Shown here: positions 18,923-25,933 of the stretch, piece after piece
How the letters are laid out: each line of letters begins with the position of its first letter
How positions within the stretch are numbered: position 1 is the stretch's first letter
Source: an uncultured Candidatus Saccharibacteria bacterium
GTDB taxonomy: Bacteria > Patescibacteriota > Doudnabacteria > UBA920
Direction of reading: 5' to 3'
Length of the DNA stretch: 62,363 nt
NCBI GenBank assembly: GCA_964650255.1
Contig: CAZYQT010000002.1
Location: 24,540 to 86,902, forward strand
Notes under the pieces: generated by a model
What the model was told of the DNA's origin: nothing
What the model saw: only the letters and a program-made list of their open reading frames with translations
The model's database searches: none
Made by a program: the position numbers and the translations under genes

Positions 18923-19870
18923 ATGACAAAAGATATTTTAGAAAAATCTCTCAGTTCGAAACGTGAATCTAAGAGTGTAGAATTCAAAGCTTCGTTTGAT
19001 GTCGACTCAAATGGTGACTGGTGTGAAATCATTAAAGATATTATTGCCATCAGTAATAGTGGTGGGGGCATAATATTGATCGGTATAAGAGATGATGGCA
19101 GACCAAGCAAGGCTAATGTAAACAAAATACTTAGTTTTGACCATGCCGAAGTTGTTACTAAAATTCACAGGTACACGAGTGTTCATTTTGAAGACTTAGA
19201 AATTATTGAGGCCAAAAAGGGATCAGAAAAGATTGCTGCGATTCTAGTTGGTGGATCCGAAGTGCCAATGGTCTTCACAAAACCAGGAACCTACGATATT
19301 GGTAACGCCAAACAAAAGACGGCTTTTTCGAAGGGTACCGTTTATTTTCGACATGGCGCAAAAAGTGAACCAGGTACTTCCGAGGATTTACGGAAATCAA
19401 TGGAAAGGCAATTGAATAACATTCGCAAGGAATGGCTCGGAGGTGTACGAAAAGTTGTTACGGCGTCGCGCAAATCAAAAGTCATAGTTGTCCCTAAAGA
19501 CGTGCAGGAATCCGAGCTCCCTAACGCCTATCCCATTAGGATAGTAGATGATCCGAGTGCTCCAGCGTATCGTAAAATAGATCCGGACAAAAGCCACCCT
19601 TATAGACAGAAGGAGCTATTGTCCGAGCTTAATAGAAGCTTGGGCGGTAAGATTAAAGTAAGCACCTACGATTTGTTGGCAGCCAGACGTTTGTATGGTC
19701 TGGAGGAAGTACCGGCCTTTTGTCATAAATCAAAATTTGGTAGCCCGCAATATAGCAGCGAGATGCTTCAATGGTTATTAAATGAGTACAAGAAGAATGA
19801 TCAGTTTTTCCTCCTCACAAAACAGAAGTACAGTGATCTAGCATCTAAAGTACGCGGAAGCAAACGATAG
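18923..19870 (+). CDS. AlbA_2 (Schlafen-type putative nucleic-acid-binding) domain protein
   Basis: The N-terminal ESKSVEFKASFD...IIKDIIAISNSGGGIILIGIRDDG matches the E-x-K ... AFAN-x-GG-x-IxGV-D-G pattern of the AlbA_2 domain. The C-terminal half is unassigned. Confidence 0.6.
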   Translation: MTKDILEKSLSSKRESKSVEFKASFDVDSNGDWCEIIKDIIAISNSGGGIILIGIRDDGRPSKANVNKILSFDHAEVVTKIHRYTSVHFEDLEIIEAKKGSEKIAAILVGGSEVPMVFTKPGTYDIGNAKQKTAFSKGTVYFRHGAKSEPGTSEDLRKSMERQLNNIRKEWLGGVRKVVTASRKSKVIVVPKDVQESELPNAYPIRIVDDPSAPAYRKIDPDKSHPYRQKELLSELNRSLGGKIKVSTYDLLAARRLYGLEEVPAFCHKSKFGSPQYSSEMLQWLLNEYKKNDQFFLLTKQKYSDLASKVRGSKR

Positions 19871-19920
19871 ATTTAGGACCTACGAGGGAAAATACCTAAG
19901 TCGTTGCTCTGGCATTTTTT

Positions 19921-19929
19921 TGCTACAAT
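19921..19929 (+). promoter_or_regulatory. Extended -10 (TGcTACAAT)
   Basis: The same TGCTACAAT nonamer as upstream of lepA, the 45414 gene and dcd, lying 32 nt upstream of ATG 19962. Confidence 0.45.
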
Positions 19930-19961
19930 TAACCTGCCGCTCAGAAATTAATCTCCCATGA

Positions 19962-20690
19962 ATGCCTAAGAAATTTAAGATCCTCGGGATCAATTCCTCA
20001 CCTCGTAAGAAGAACCGCCCAGCTCAGCAAGACAGCTCAACCAGAGTTCTTTTAGAACACGCCTTAAAAAGTATCAGCCCTAAAGCTGATGTCGAAATTA
20101 TTGATCTAGTAGATTTCGAAGTTCATCCAAGTGAAGGCTGCTATAGCACCGATGAGAATCTTAACCATACACCTTGCACTCACTACGATGATGACTTTCA
20201 GAAAGTCCTTTTCGACAAGTTCATAAAGGCAGATGGTGTAATCTTTTCATCACCAACTTATTGGCTAAGTATGTCCAGCCGGCTCGCTGCTTTGTTCGAA
20301 CGTCTAACCGAAATGGACCCAATCATACACGATCCCAAAGCCCGTTTGCTTCAAGGCAAGGTAGCAGGTGCGATCGCTACTGCACACGTCGAAGGATCCG
20401 CCCAGGTGTGTTACGAAATTTTAACAAAGGCAAATTATCTTGGATTTATTATCCCACCACATGCTTTCGCATTTCATACCGCCGGACAAATGGAGTTCGT
20501 TTACAACAACAAGAAGAACTTGCGAAAGGACAGGTTAGCTTTTGATAACGCCGCAATGGTGGCGAAAAATGTACTCAAGATGTGTGAACTCGTCAGGGGT
20601 TCTAAAAATCGCTGGGAAGTGTTCAACGAAAGGACTCATCGAGCTTCGAAGAATGAGCTAAGGCACAAACAAGATAGGCATGAGAGATAA
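19962..20690 (+). CDS. Flavodoxin-fold NAD(P)H-dependent FMN reductase / iron-sulfur-flavoprotein-like protein
   Basis: KILGINSSPRKKN...ST at the N-terminus (the FMN phosphate-binding loop pattern), ADGVIFSSPTYW, and a Cys-rich insert EGCYS...PCTH. Confidence 0.65.
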   Translation: MPKKFKILGINSSPRKKNRPAQQDSSTRVLLEHALKSISPKADVEIIDLVDFEVHPSEGCYSTDENLNHTPCTHYDDDFQKVLFDKFIKADGVIFSSPTYWLSMSSRLAALFERLTEMDPIIHDPKARLLQGKVAGAIATAHVEGSAQVCYEILTKANYLGFIIPPHAFAFHTAGQMEFVYNNKKNLRKDRLAFDNAAMVAKNVLKMCELVRGSKNRWEVFNERTHRASKNELRHKQDRHER

Positions 20691-20722
20691 ACCTCTATAA
20701 AATTTTACTAGTCATATCTACT

Positions 20723-21439
20723 ATGCAAGCAACTTCCGCTCCCACCGGATTTCGGAACGTCATCGGCATCCCGATTACAGAGATCATCGACAAAAAACAT
20801 AATATTTGGATTGGCATTAGCTTTGGGAATAAGCAATTCACGATTGATAATATCCTCAAACTCACTGAGACTGCTTTGACGTTTACAAAGGATCAAGTTC
20901 TTATCTTTCTTCCGGGTCGATTGCATGCGATCAATTTACAGAGCTTTGAAGGGTTAAGTGAGGAGAGGGCTATTGAGCAGGTCAAGATTGAAGAGACAAA
21001 AAAACAAGAACAGATCGAGGATGCGTTGCAAATTTTTTCGACAGACCAACGAAGTCGTATTGTGTTAGCAACTTATGATGACGTGCTTTCACCGGAATTT
21101 GATCGTCGGCTTCAAACACTCTGTGAAGAGTTTGATCACAATAACGACTTCAAAGATGATATTCATAACGTCGTTCGTGAACTACTGGCATCACGAGGAC
21201 GAACAGTTAATGAAGAGCGACTAACCTTACTTTCAAATTTCGTTTTAGGAGAACTACCTCTATTCCTTGATGGCCTCACGATCAAAGGGGCGCCAGAACG
21301 CTTTACAGTTTTGCTTTACCCAGGGCTAGGCTTCATTGACGAGTTGGTATCTGAAATAAAGGTAGGCTCTCGATATAAGGACTTGCGACAGAAATTAGGG
21401 TCTGGACTGCTAACGGGGGTTGTTGATATATCCTTCTAA
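20723..21439 (+). CDS. Cyclodipeptide synthase (CDPS)-like, tRNA-dependent
   Basis: 238 aa, matching the AlbC size class. IWIGISFGNKQF aligns with AlbC LIGISAGNSYF, which holds the catalytic Ser. SNFVLGELPLFLDG aligns with LNYVLAEAPLFADS, which holds the catalytic Glu. VLLYPG aligns with VLCYH (Tyr202). The alignment is from memory of AlbC. Confidence 0.65.
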   Translation: MQATSAPTGFRNVIGIPITEIIDKKHNIWIGISFGNKQFTIDNILKLTETALTFTKDQVLIFLPGRLHAINLQSFEGLSEERAIEQVKIEETKKQEQIEDALQIFSTDQRSRIVLATYDDVLSPEFDRRLQTLCEEFDHNNDFKDDIHNVVRELLASRGRTVNEERLTLLSNFVLGELPLFLDGLTIKGAPERFTVLLYPGLGFIDELVSEIKVGSRYKDLRQKLGSGLLTGVVDISF

Positions 21440-21460
21440 GGGTTAAATATAGGTATTTAT

Positions 21461-21489
21461 TGACTTTAGCAGAAATATTCGCTAAAATA
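21461..21489 (+). promoter_or_regulatory. Near-consensus promoter (TTGACT-17-TAAAAT)
   Basis: TTGACT at 21461-21466, a 17-nt spacer and TAAAAT at 21484-21489. The next annotated gene is tRNA-Met, about 160 nt downstream. Confidence 0.55.
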
Positions 21490-21650
21490 AGGACTGTTAG
21501 CCCCCATCATACACTTCGACAACTAAAGGCTTATTCCAGAAATAGCGTAGTAGCTTTTGGCTCAACTGAGCCAAATTAGTTCGAGAATCGTCTCGAAACG
21601 GGCAACCAAACAATATTTTAGCGCCATATGGCGCGCGAAGTGACACACGT
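21490..21650 (+). ncRNA. Candidate structured leader or small RNA co-transcribed with tRNA-Met/tRNA-Asp
   Basis: No ORF. Three perfect hairpins are present: TTGGCTCA-ac-TGAGCCAA (21558-21575), TTCGAGA-atcg-TCTCGAA (21582-21599) and the palindrome GCGCCATATGGCGC (21621-21634). Confidence 0.3.
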
Positions 21651-21726
21651 GCCGGCGTAGCTCAGTTGGTAGAGCGAAGGACTCATAAGCCTTAGGTCAC
21701 AGGTTCAATCCCTGTCGCCGGTACCA
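21651..21726 (+). tRNA. Elongator-type tRNA with CAU anticodon (Met, or Ile2 if lysidinylated), CCA encoded
   Basis: Acceptor GCCGGCG/CGCCGGT (G1.U72), D-stem GCTC/GAGC (Y11:R24), loop CTCATAA, T-arm ACAGG-TTCAATC-CCTGT. Confidence 0.8.
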
Positions 21727-21754
21727 CGGCTATAAAGCCGAACAACTAAATCAT

Positions 21755-21831
21755 GGACTGGTAGCTCAGTTGGTTAGAGCGTCCGCCTGTCACGCGGAAG
21801 GTCGCGGGTTCGAGTCCCGTTCAGTCCGCCA
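21755..21831 (+). tRNA. tRNA-Asp (GUC), CCA encoded
   Basis: Acceptor GGACTGG/TCAGTCC, anticodon stem TCCGC/GCGGA, loop CTGTCAC, T-arm GCGGG-TTCGAGT-CCCGT. Confidence 0.85.
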
Positions 21832-23453
21832 TTAGAAAAATCCACAACATTAGCCAACCTGTCAAAGGGTTGGTTTAATGTTATTTGGGCTATTTTTGGT
21901 TCTTTTCCCGCCTTTACGACAAAGTTCGTGAACACTTTTTTCATTATCAGGTCTAAATCTGCCATATTGCGAGTTTTCCTAATAGAATTAGGCAGTTGGC
22001 TAAAAAGTTCGAGGAATACAGGATAGTCCAAAATTGCGTCCTTTTGGTTCTGTAAAGCAACCTTCATTTTATTAAGTTGGATAGTGCGCTGCTTAATATC
22101 TACCTCCTTAATGGCAAAATCCTTTTTGAAATTATCCTTAATTTCGCTATCGGTTTCGTTGAGTAAAAACTCCTTGATTTTGTTCAATTTAATACCGTCC
22201 TGACGCAGTGCCGCTTTTAGAATGTCGTATTCTTTTCGCAAAATAGCTTCTTTCTGTTTAGATACTACTTTCATTTCCTGCACATAATGGTCGTATGCTT
22301 TCCGTGAAGTAAAATCGTGGTTAGACAAAAAGTCGCAAGCCGCGTCAATTACAACCTTTGCCCTAACTGACTTGTTTTGAAAAAGACACTCGTTAGTTTC
22401 GCAGCGATAGTAGAAATACTGCCGCTTACCTTCGTTTGTCTTTTTGGAAGTCAAACCCGCAGCCATTGGCTGACCGCAGCCCTCACACAAAATCATACCG
22501 CGCATTAAATCAGCTTTTATGCTTTCGGGCTTATACTGCTTCCGCGATAATTTGAACGCTCTTGAAAATGGCTTGGTCTTGTTAATTTCAAAAAAATCGT
22601 CCACGCTGACTGCTGGCACAAAATTATAAGCTTCGGTTAGGTCTTTAATGTTATTTCCGTGCAATAGCACGCCTGCATAGGAGGGGTCTTTTAGAAAATC
22701 AGCTACGCGCTTAATATCTATCTTGTAGATAGTTTGCTTCCCGTCTTTACCTCTTTTCACAGAATACTTGTTGCTGTTGAGATATTCTACGATTGCTTCC
22801 AAAGTAGCACCCTGCTTACGCATTTGGAAGGAATTTTTAATAAGCACAAAATTATTGCCGTCAGGTCGCAAGAATTGGTTACGGTCTTTATAATAGCCGT
22901 GCTTACCCTTGTTAATGTATTTACCTTCCTCAATACTGCGTTTATTGCCACGCAAAACATTATCGCTCAACTGGTCGGAATACTGCTTGGATAACACAAA
23001 GGAGATACCGAGTAGCATTTTGCCTATGGTATTGTTTTCAAATGTAAAACTGACAAATTTGAGGTCTTTGATTATTTGCTTATCAAGCAAGTCAATCAAC
23101 TCTCCTGCGTCTTTCATATTACGCGCCAACCTATCGGGGTGCCACGCGATAATACCTTCAAACTTACCCTGCTTAAACCCTTCTACCATTGTCCTAAACT
23201 TGGGTCGGATATCAGGTTCTTTTGCGCTCTCCGCTTCGTTTATCGTTTCAATTACATTTAATCCAAAACGCTCCGCAAGTTCGTTACACTCGCTGTTTTG
23301 GTCGCCGAGCGAACGGACTTGCTTTTCTTCGCTTTCGCTGGATTTGCGAGCATAGATAACATAACGATACTGCGACTTATCAATATCGCTGTCTTTGGGT
23401 TTTAGCATACTGCTTAATATGTCTGCTAAATCTTTGGTTGTATAGTTATCCAT
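21774..23453 (-). CDS. Large serine recombinase (resolvase catalytic domain, recombinase domain and Zn-ribbon); 3' end runs 58 nt into tRNA-Asp
   Basis: YVIYARKSSESEE (catalytic Ser), DRLARN, then CEGCGQPM...YYRC for the zinc ribbon. The last 19 codons (...NGGLNGTRTRDLPRDRRTL) are the antisense of tRNA-Asp. Confidence 0.85.
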   Translation of the reverse strand: MDNYTTKDLADILSSMLKPKDSDIDKSQYRYVIYARKSSESEEKQVRSLGDQNSECNELAERFGLNVIETINEAESAKEPDIRPKFRTMVEGFKQGKFEGIIAWHPDRLARNMKDAGELIDLLDKQIIKDLKFVSFTFENNTIGKMLLGISFVLSKQYSDQLSDNVLRGNKRSIEEGKYINKGKHGYYKDRNQFLRPDGNNFVLIKNSFQMRKQGATLEAIVEYLNSNKYSVKRGKDGKQTIYKIDIKRVADFLKDPSYAGVLLHGNNIKDLTEAYNFVPAVSVDDFFEINKTKPFSRAFKLSRKQYKPESIKADLMRGMILCEGCGQPMAAGLTSKKTNEGKRQYFYYRCETNECLFQNKSVRAKVVIDAACDFLSNHDFTSRKAYDHYVQEMKVVSKQKEAILRKEYDILKAALRQDGIKLNKIKEFLLNETDSEIKDNFKKDFAIKEVDIKQRTIQLNKMKVALQNQKDAILDYPVFLELFSQLPNSIRKTRNMADLDLIMKKVFTNFVVKAGKEPKIAQITLNQPFDRLANVVDFSNGGLNGTRTRDLPRDRRTL

Positions 23454-23931
23454 AATTCGGTTTCTTTATCTGCGCAGCGCGTTTCATAATCTCTGCCTCT
23501 GAAACACCTTCACTACGCAAGTGAGATATCATAACCCATTCGGCAAGAGTATTAGGGTGGTATGTTTCTTTGTCTGTTTGTTGTTCTGTGCGTTTAGCTG
23601 GGTCGCCCAAAGTATAGCCAAGCAGAATACGGCTCGCCGCTACTGAACTCAATCCACCGCTTTGAGCGGTATTGATTAAAGCACCCACTACACCAAGCAA
23701 GTTACCAAACATCATAGTTAGGGCTTCGTCTACGGCATTTTCTTTGGCAGTTTTGAGCCAACCCTGCCAAAGGTCATTCAACGCACCATTTTGAGCGAAT
23801 AATCGCCTTATATGGCTTTCCGAGTATTCTGTCTTTTCGGCTATTTGCTTATGAGTAAAGCCAAGCAATCGCAAATAGAACATATCGTAATATGCCGTTG
23901 GAACAACTGATTTTGTATCATCTTGTAGCAT
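23446..23931 (-). CDS. HTH-containing accessory protein co-transcribed with the recombinase
   Basis: 8-nt overlap (ATGGATAA) with the recombinase start. LGFTHKQIAEKTEYSESHIRRLF looks like a helix-turn-helix. Confidence 0.45.
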   Translation of the reverse strand: MLQDDTKSVVPTAYYDMFYLRLLGFTHKQIAEKTEYSESHIRRLFAQNGALNDLWQGWLKTAKENAVDEALTMMFGNLLGVVGALINTAQSGGLSSVAASRILLGYTLGDPAKRTEQQTDKETYHPNTLAEWVMISHLRSEGVSEAEIMKRAAQIKKPNYG

Positions 23932-23992
23932 AAGGTTACCTTAATTTTACTCTAAAAATGCCCTTTATGATATAATTGGGTTAGCGAAAAAC

Positions 23993-24021
23993 CTTGACAA
24001 AGGGAAACAAAAGCAGTAGAA
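23993..24021 (+). promoter_or_regulatory. Promoter (TTGACA-17-TAGAAT)
   Basis: TTGACA at 23993-23998 and TAGAAT at 24016-24021, upstream of ATG 24049. Confidence 0.55.
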
Positions 24022-24048
24022 TAACAAGTTAATAATTAACTAACAAAT

Positions 24049-24699
24049 ATGAACTCAAAACAATTAAGTATCGTGTTAGGGGTCGTTGTGGTAATCCTGC
24101 TCGCAGTAGTAGGGTATATGGCTATGAGAAATAACTCTCAAACTGACACTTTGAGCCAACAAACCACTACACCTAATAGCAACTTGGCAAATACCAATGC
24201 CAATACTGCACAGCCATTAAATAATACAAATACTCAAACGCCTACAAACACAACTCCAACTTCAACAGACGATACGGCAAGCTGGAAAGAAACCTTCTAC
24301 AACAACACTTTAGGGTTTAGTATGAAGCTGCCTAACGATTGGGAACAGAAAGGTGCATACTTAAGCGACACCTCTGTCGGATTTGCACCTAAAAATGTTC
24401 GTTCTGACGTTGTTATAACAGTTAGATATCCAAAGCAGACCTTAGCAGAATATAAAACTTACCACCCATATCTTAATAGTCCTGACACCCAAAATAAGCT
24501 AATCAAAGAAGATCAAGTTACAATTAACGGACGACAATGGACGAAATTAACTTTCAAACAGAATGGAACTGGTTATACTTTTCTAAGTCATCTTACCGAA
24601 AGGGACGGAAGAGTTTATGATGTAAGTGTTGGGTCTGACGCAGCCACTGACGTGCGAGTATATAACGGTATGCTTTCAACTTTTAAGTTTTCCAACTAA
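24049..24699 (+). CDS. Membrane-anchored secreted protein, T/N-rich linker (paralogue of 25224-25793)
   Basis: N-terminal anchor, a low-complexity TNT/PT linker, then a domain of about 140 aa starting WKETFYNN..F.MKLPNDWE and ending LSTFKFSN. Confidence 0.55.
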   Translation: MNSKQLSIVLGVVVVILLAVVGYMAMRNNSQTDTLSQQTTTPNSNLANTNANTAQPLNNTNTQTPTNTTPTSTDDTASWKETFYNNTLGFSMKLPNDWEQKGAYLSDTSVGFAPKNVRSDVVITVRYPKQTLAEYKTYHPYLNSPDTQNKLIKEDQVTINGRQWTKLTFKQNGTGYTFLSHLTERDGRVYDVSVGSDAATDVRVYNGMLSTFKFSN

Positions 24700-24716
24700 G
24701 TTATCAAGTAAAATAC

Positions 24717-24747
24717 AAAAGCCACCTTGTTGCGAGGTGGCTTTTTT
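24717..24747. terminator. Bidirectional terminator
   Basis: AAAA-GCCACCT-tgttgcg-AGGTGGC-TTTTTT between convergent genes. Confidence 0.7.
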
Positions 24748-24783
24748 GCTACGCCGTTTATGCTGTATTAAGTTCGTGATAAT

Positions 24784-24954
24784 TTAGCTTGATTTGTGTT
24801 CGCCGCTATCGCGCCCTAATGTTACGATTTCGCCGTCCGAGTTCGCTACTTGCCCTTCGCTTGGCGTAGGGTTGTTAGAAGCTGGCACAGGAGTGGTGTT
24901 GCTTGACAACGCTTCTGCCACATCTGTAAAGTTATCTTTTGTATTGCTGTCCAT
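24784..24954 (-). CDS. Small hypothetical protein (56 aa), not in the ORF track
   Basis: Reverse-strand ATG (24952-24954) to TAA (24784-24786). Product MDSNTKDNFTDVAEALSSNTTPVPASNNPTPSEGQVANSDGEIVTLGRDSGEHKSS. Confidence 0.2.
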   Translation of the reverse strand: MDSNTKDNFTDVAEALSSNTTPVPASNNPTPSEGQVANSDGEIVTLGRDSGEHKSS

Positions 24955-25223
24955 ATTGGTATAGGTTAATTATTATTGCCCTCATTATAGCGCAATTAGA
25001 AGGTTACATCCACTACTGCCTGCCTAAACTTTTGAGCGTAAACTGCCTTAATTTCTGTGTTCCATTTGCTAATCTCTGGTATGCTCTCGCATATCGCTTC
25101 CCAAAGTTCGTGTGTATTTTTTACTTCGCCGCCATGAATATATAAAAACAGCCCTTCTAGAGGGGGCTGTTTTTGCATTTGTGATATAATTTAGGCAATA
25201 AAATCATAATTAAATTACATGCT

Positions 25224-25793
25224 ATGAAACCAAAACAAATTAATATAATTTTAGGCATAGTAGTGGTTGCCTTGCTTGCGGTTGTTGCATATTTAACCTT
25301 AGGCAACCGAAGCTAAACCTTCAAAGATGCCCAGTATGACATGCCCGCTCCTGACATCGTAAACAATAACGAAATCATCAACTCAACCCAAGCTACTACA
25401 AGCACTGGTTCTAAAACGAAGTGGGAAACTTATACCAATACTGATGAACCTCACTTTACAATTCAATATCCTTCCACATGGGAACGAAGAGGAGAATTGG
25501 CTGGCATGAATTTTAGTGGACCAGAAGGGTGGATAGAAATTACATTTGGCGATGGTTTTGGAGGAGGATATTGTACAGACCCAGATAACTTGGGGTTGAA
25601 AATTGAAGATTATTCAATTAAGTCCCAAGGCTTATCTGGATGTAAAACTACTAAACCGAATGGAACAATACAGACCATGCTCTTTAGACAATTCCGCCCC
25701 GGAGTCTCCATCAAAATTGAAAGTGGCGCAAATAGCAGTACAGATGCGGTAAAACTCGAAAATATTCTAGCAACCTTTGAATTCACAAAATAG
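25224..25793 (+). pseudogene. Paralogue of the 24049 gene interrupted by an in-frame TAA (25314-25316)
   Basis: ATG 25224 encodes the anchor MKPKQINIILGIVVVALLAVVAYLTLGNRS and then a stop. The same frame continues into the 25341 ORF (KWETYTN...TWERRG...LATFEFTK), which is homologous to 24049-24699. Confidence 0.5.
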
Positions 25794-25837
25794 GTTATAA
25801 ATATCCACAGCATCGCCCTTGCACACCTTTTATGGCC

Positions 25838-25846
25838 TGATATAAT
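25838..25846 (+). promoter_or_regulatory. Extended -10 (TGaTATAAT) upstream of rmuC
   Basis: Exact TGATATAAT. Confidence 0.4.
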
Positions 25847-25933
25847 AGAGGCAAGCTTAACAGCTAAAAAACTTAACAAAAGTTCCACTGACACGCTTTC
25901 TAGAGAGGCGTGTTTTTGGTATACTGCCTTTAT

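Larger units (their letters stand above)
21774..23931 (-). mobile_element. Recombinase module of a putative integrated element abutting tRNA-Asp (outer boundary unknown)
   Basis: Serine integrase plus HTH gene pair reading into a tRNA gene. Orphan and secreted cargo-like genes lie on both sides. Confidence 0.45.

Noticed and set aside
18923-19870. Linking the AlbA_2 domain protein to the albonoursin AlbA/AlbB cyclodipeptide oxidase because of the nearby CDPS-like gene.
   Set aside because: The name coincidence is all there is. The AlbA_2 domain is a Schlafen-type putative DNA/RNA-binding fold, unrelated to the nitroreductase-like CDO subunits.
21490-21650. Known housekeeping RNAs (SRP/4.5S, tmRNA, 6S, RNase P) as the identity of the hairpin-rich spacer.
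   Set aside because: I could not find the characteristic conserved strings, such as the SRP domain IV GGAA/AGCA motif, a tmRNA tRNA-like end with tag ORF, or the RNase P GGAAAGUCCGG-like motif. It is kept only as an unclassified candidate.
24939-25178. 68-aa plus-strand and 60-aa minus-strand ORFs between the two secreted-protein paralogues.
   Set aside because: The plus ORF is Cys/Tyr/Ile-rich AT-codon noise. The start of the minus ORF lies within a hairpin (about 25150-25172) and it has no SD. It could be real downstream of an internal start, but I cannot support that.
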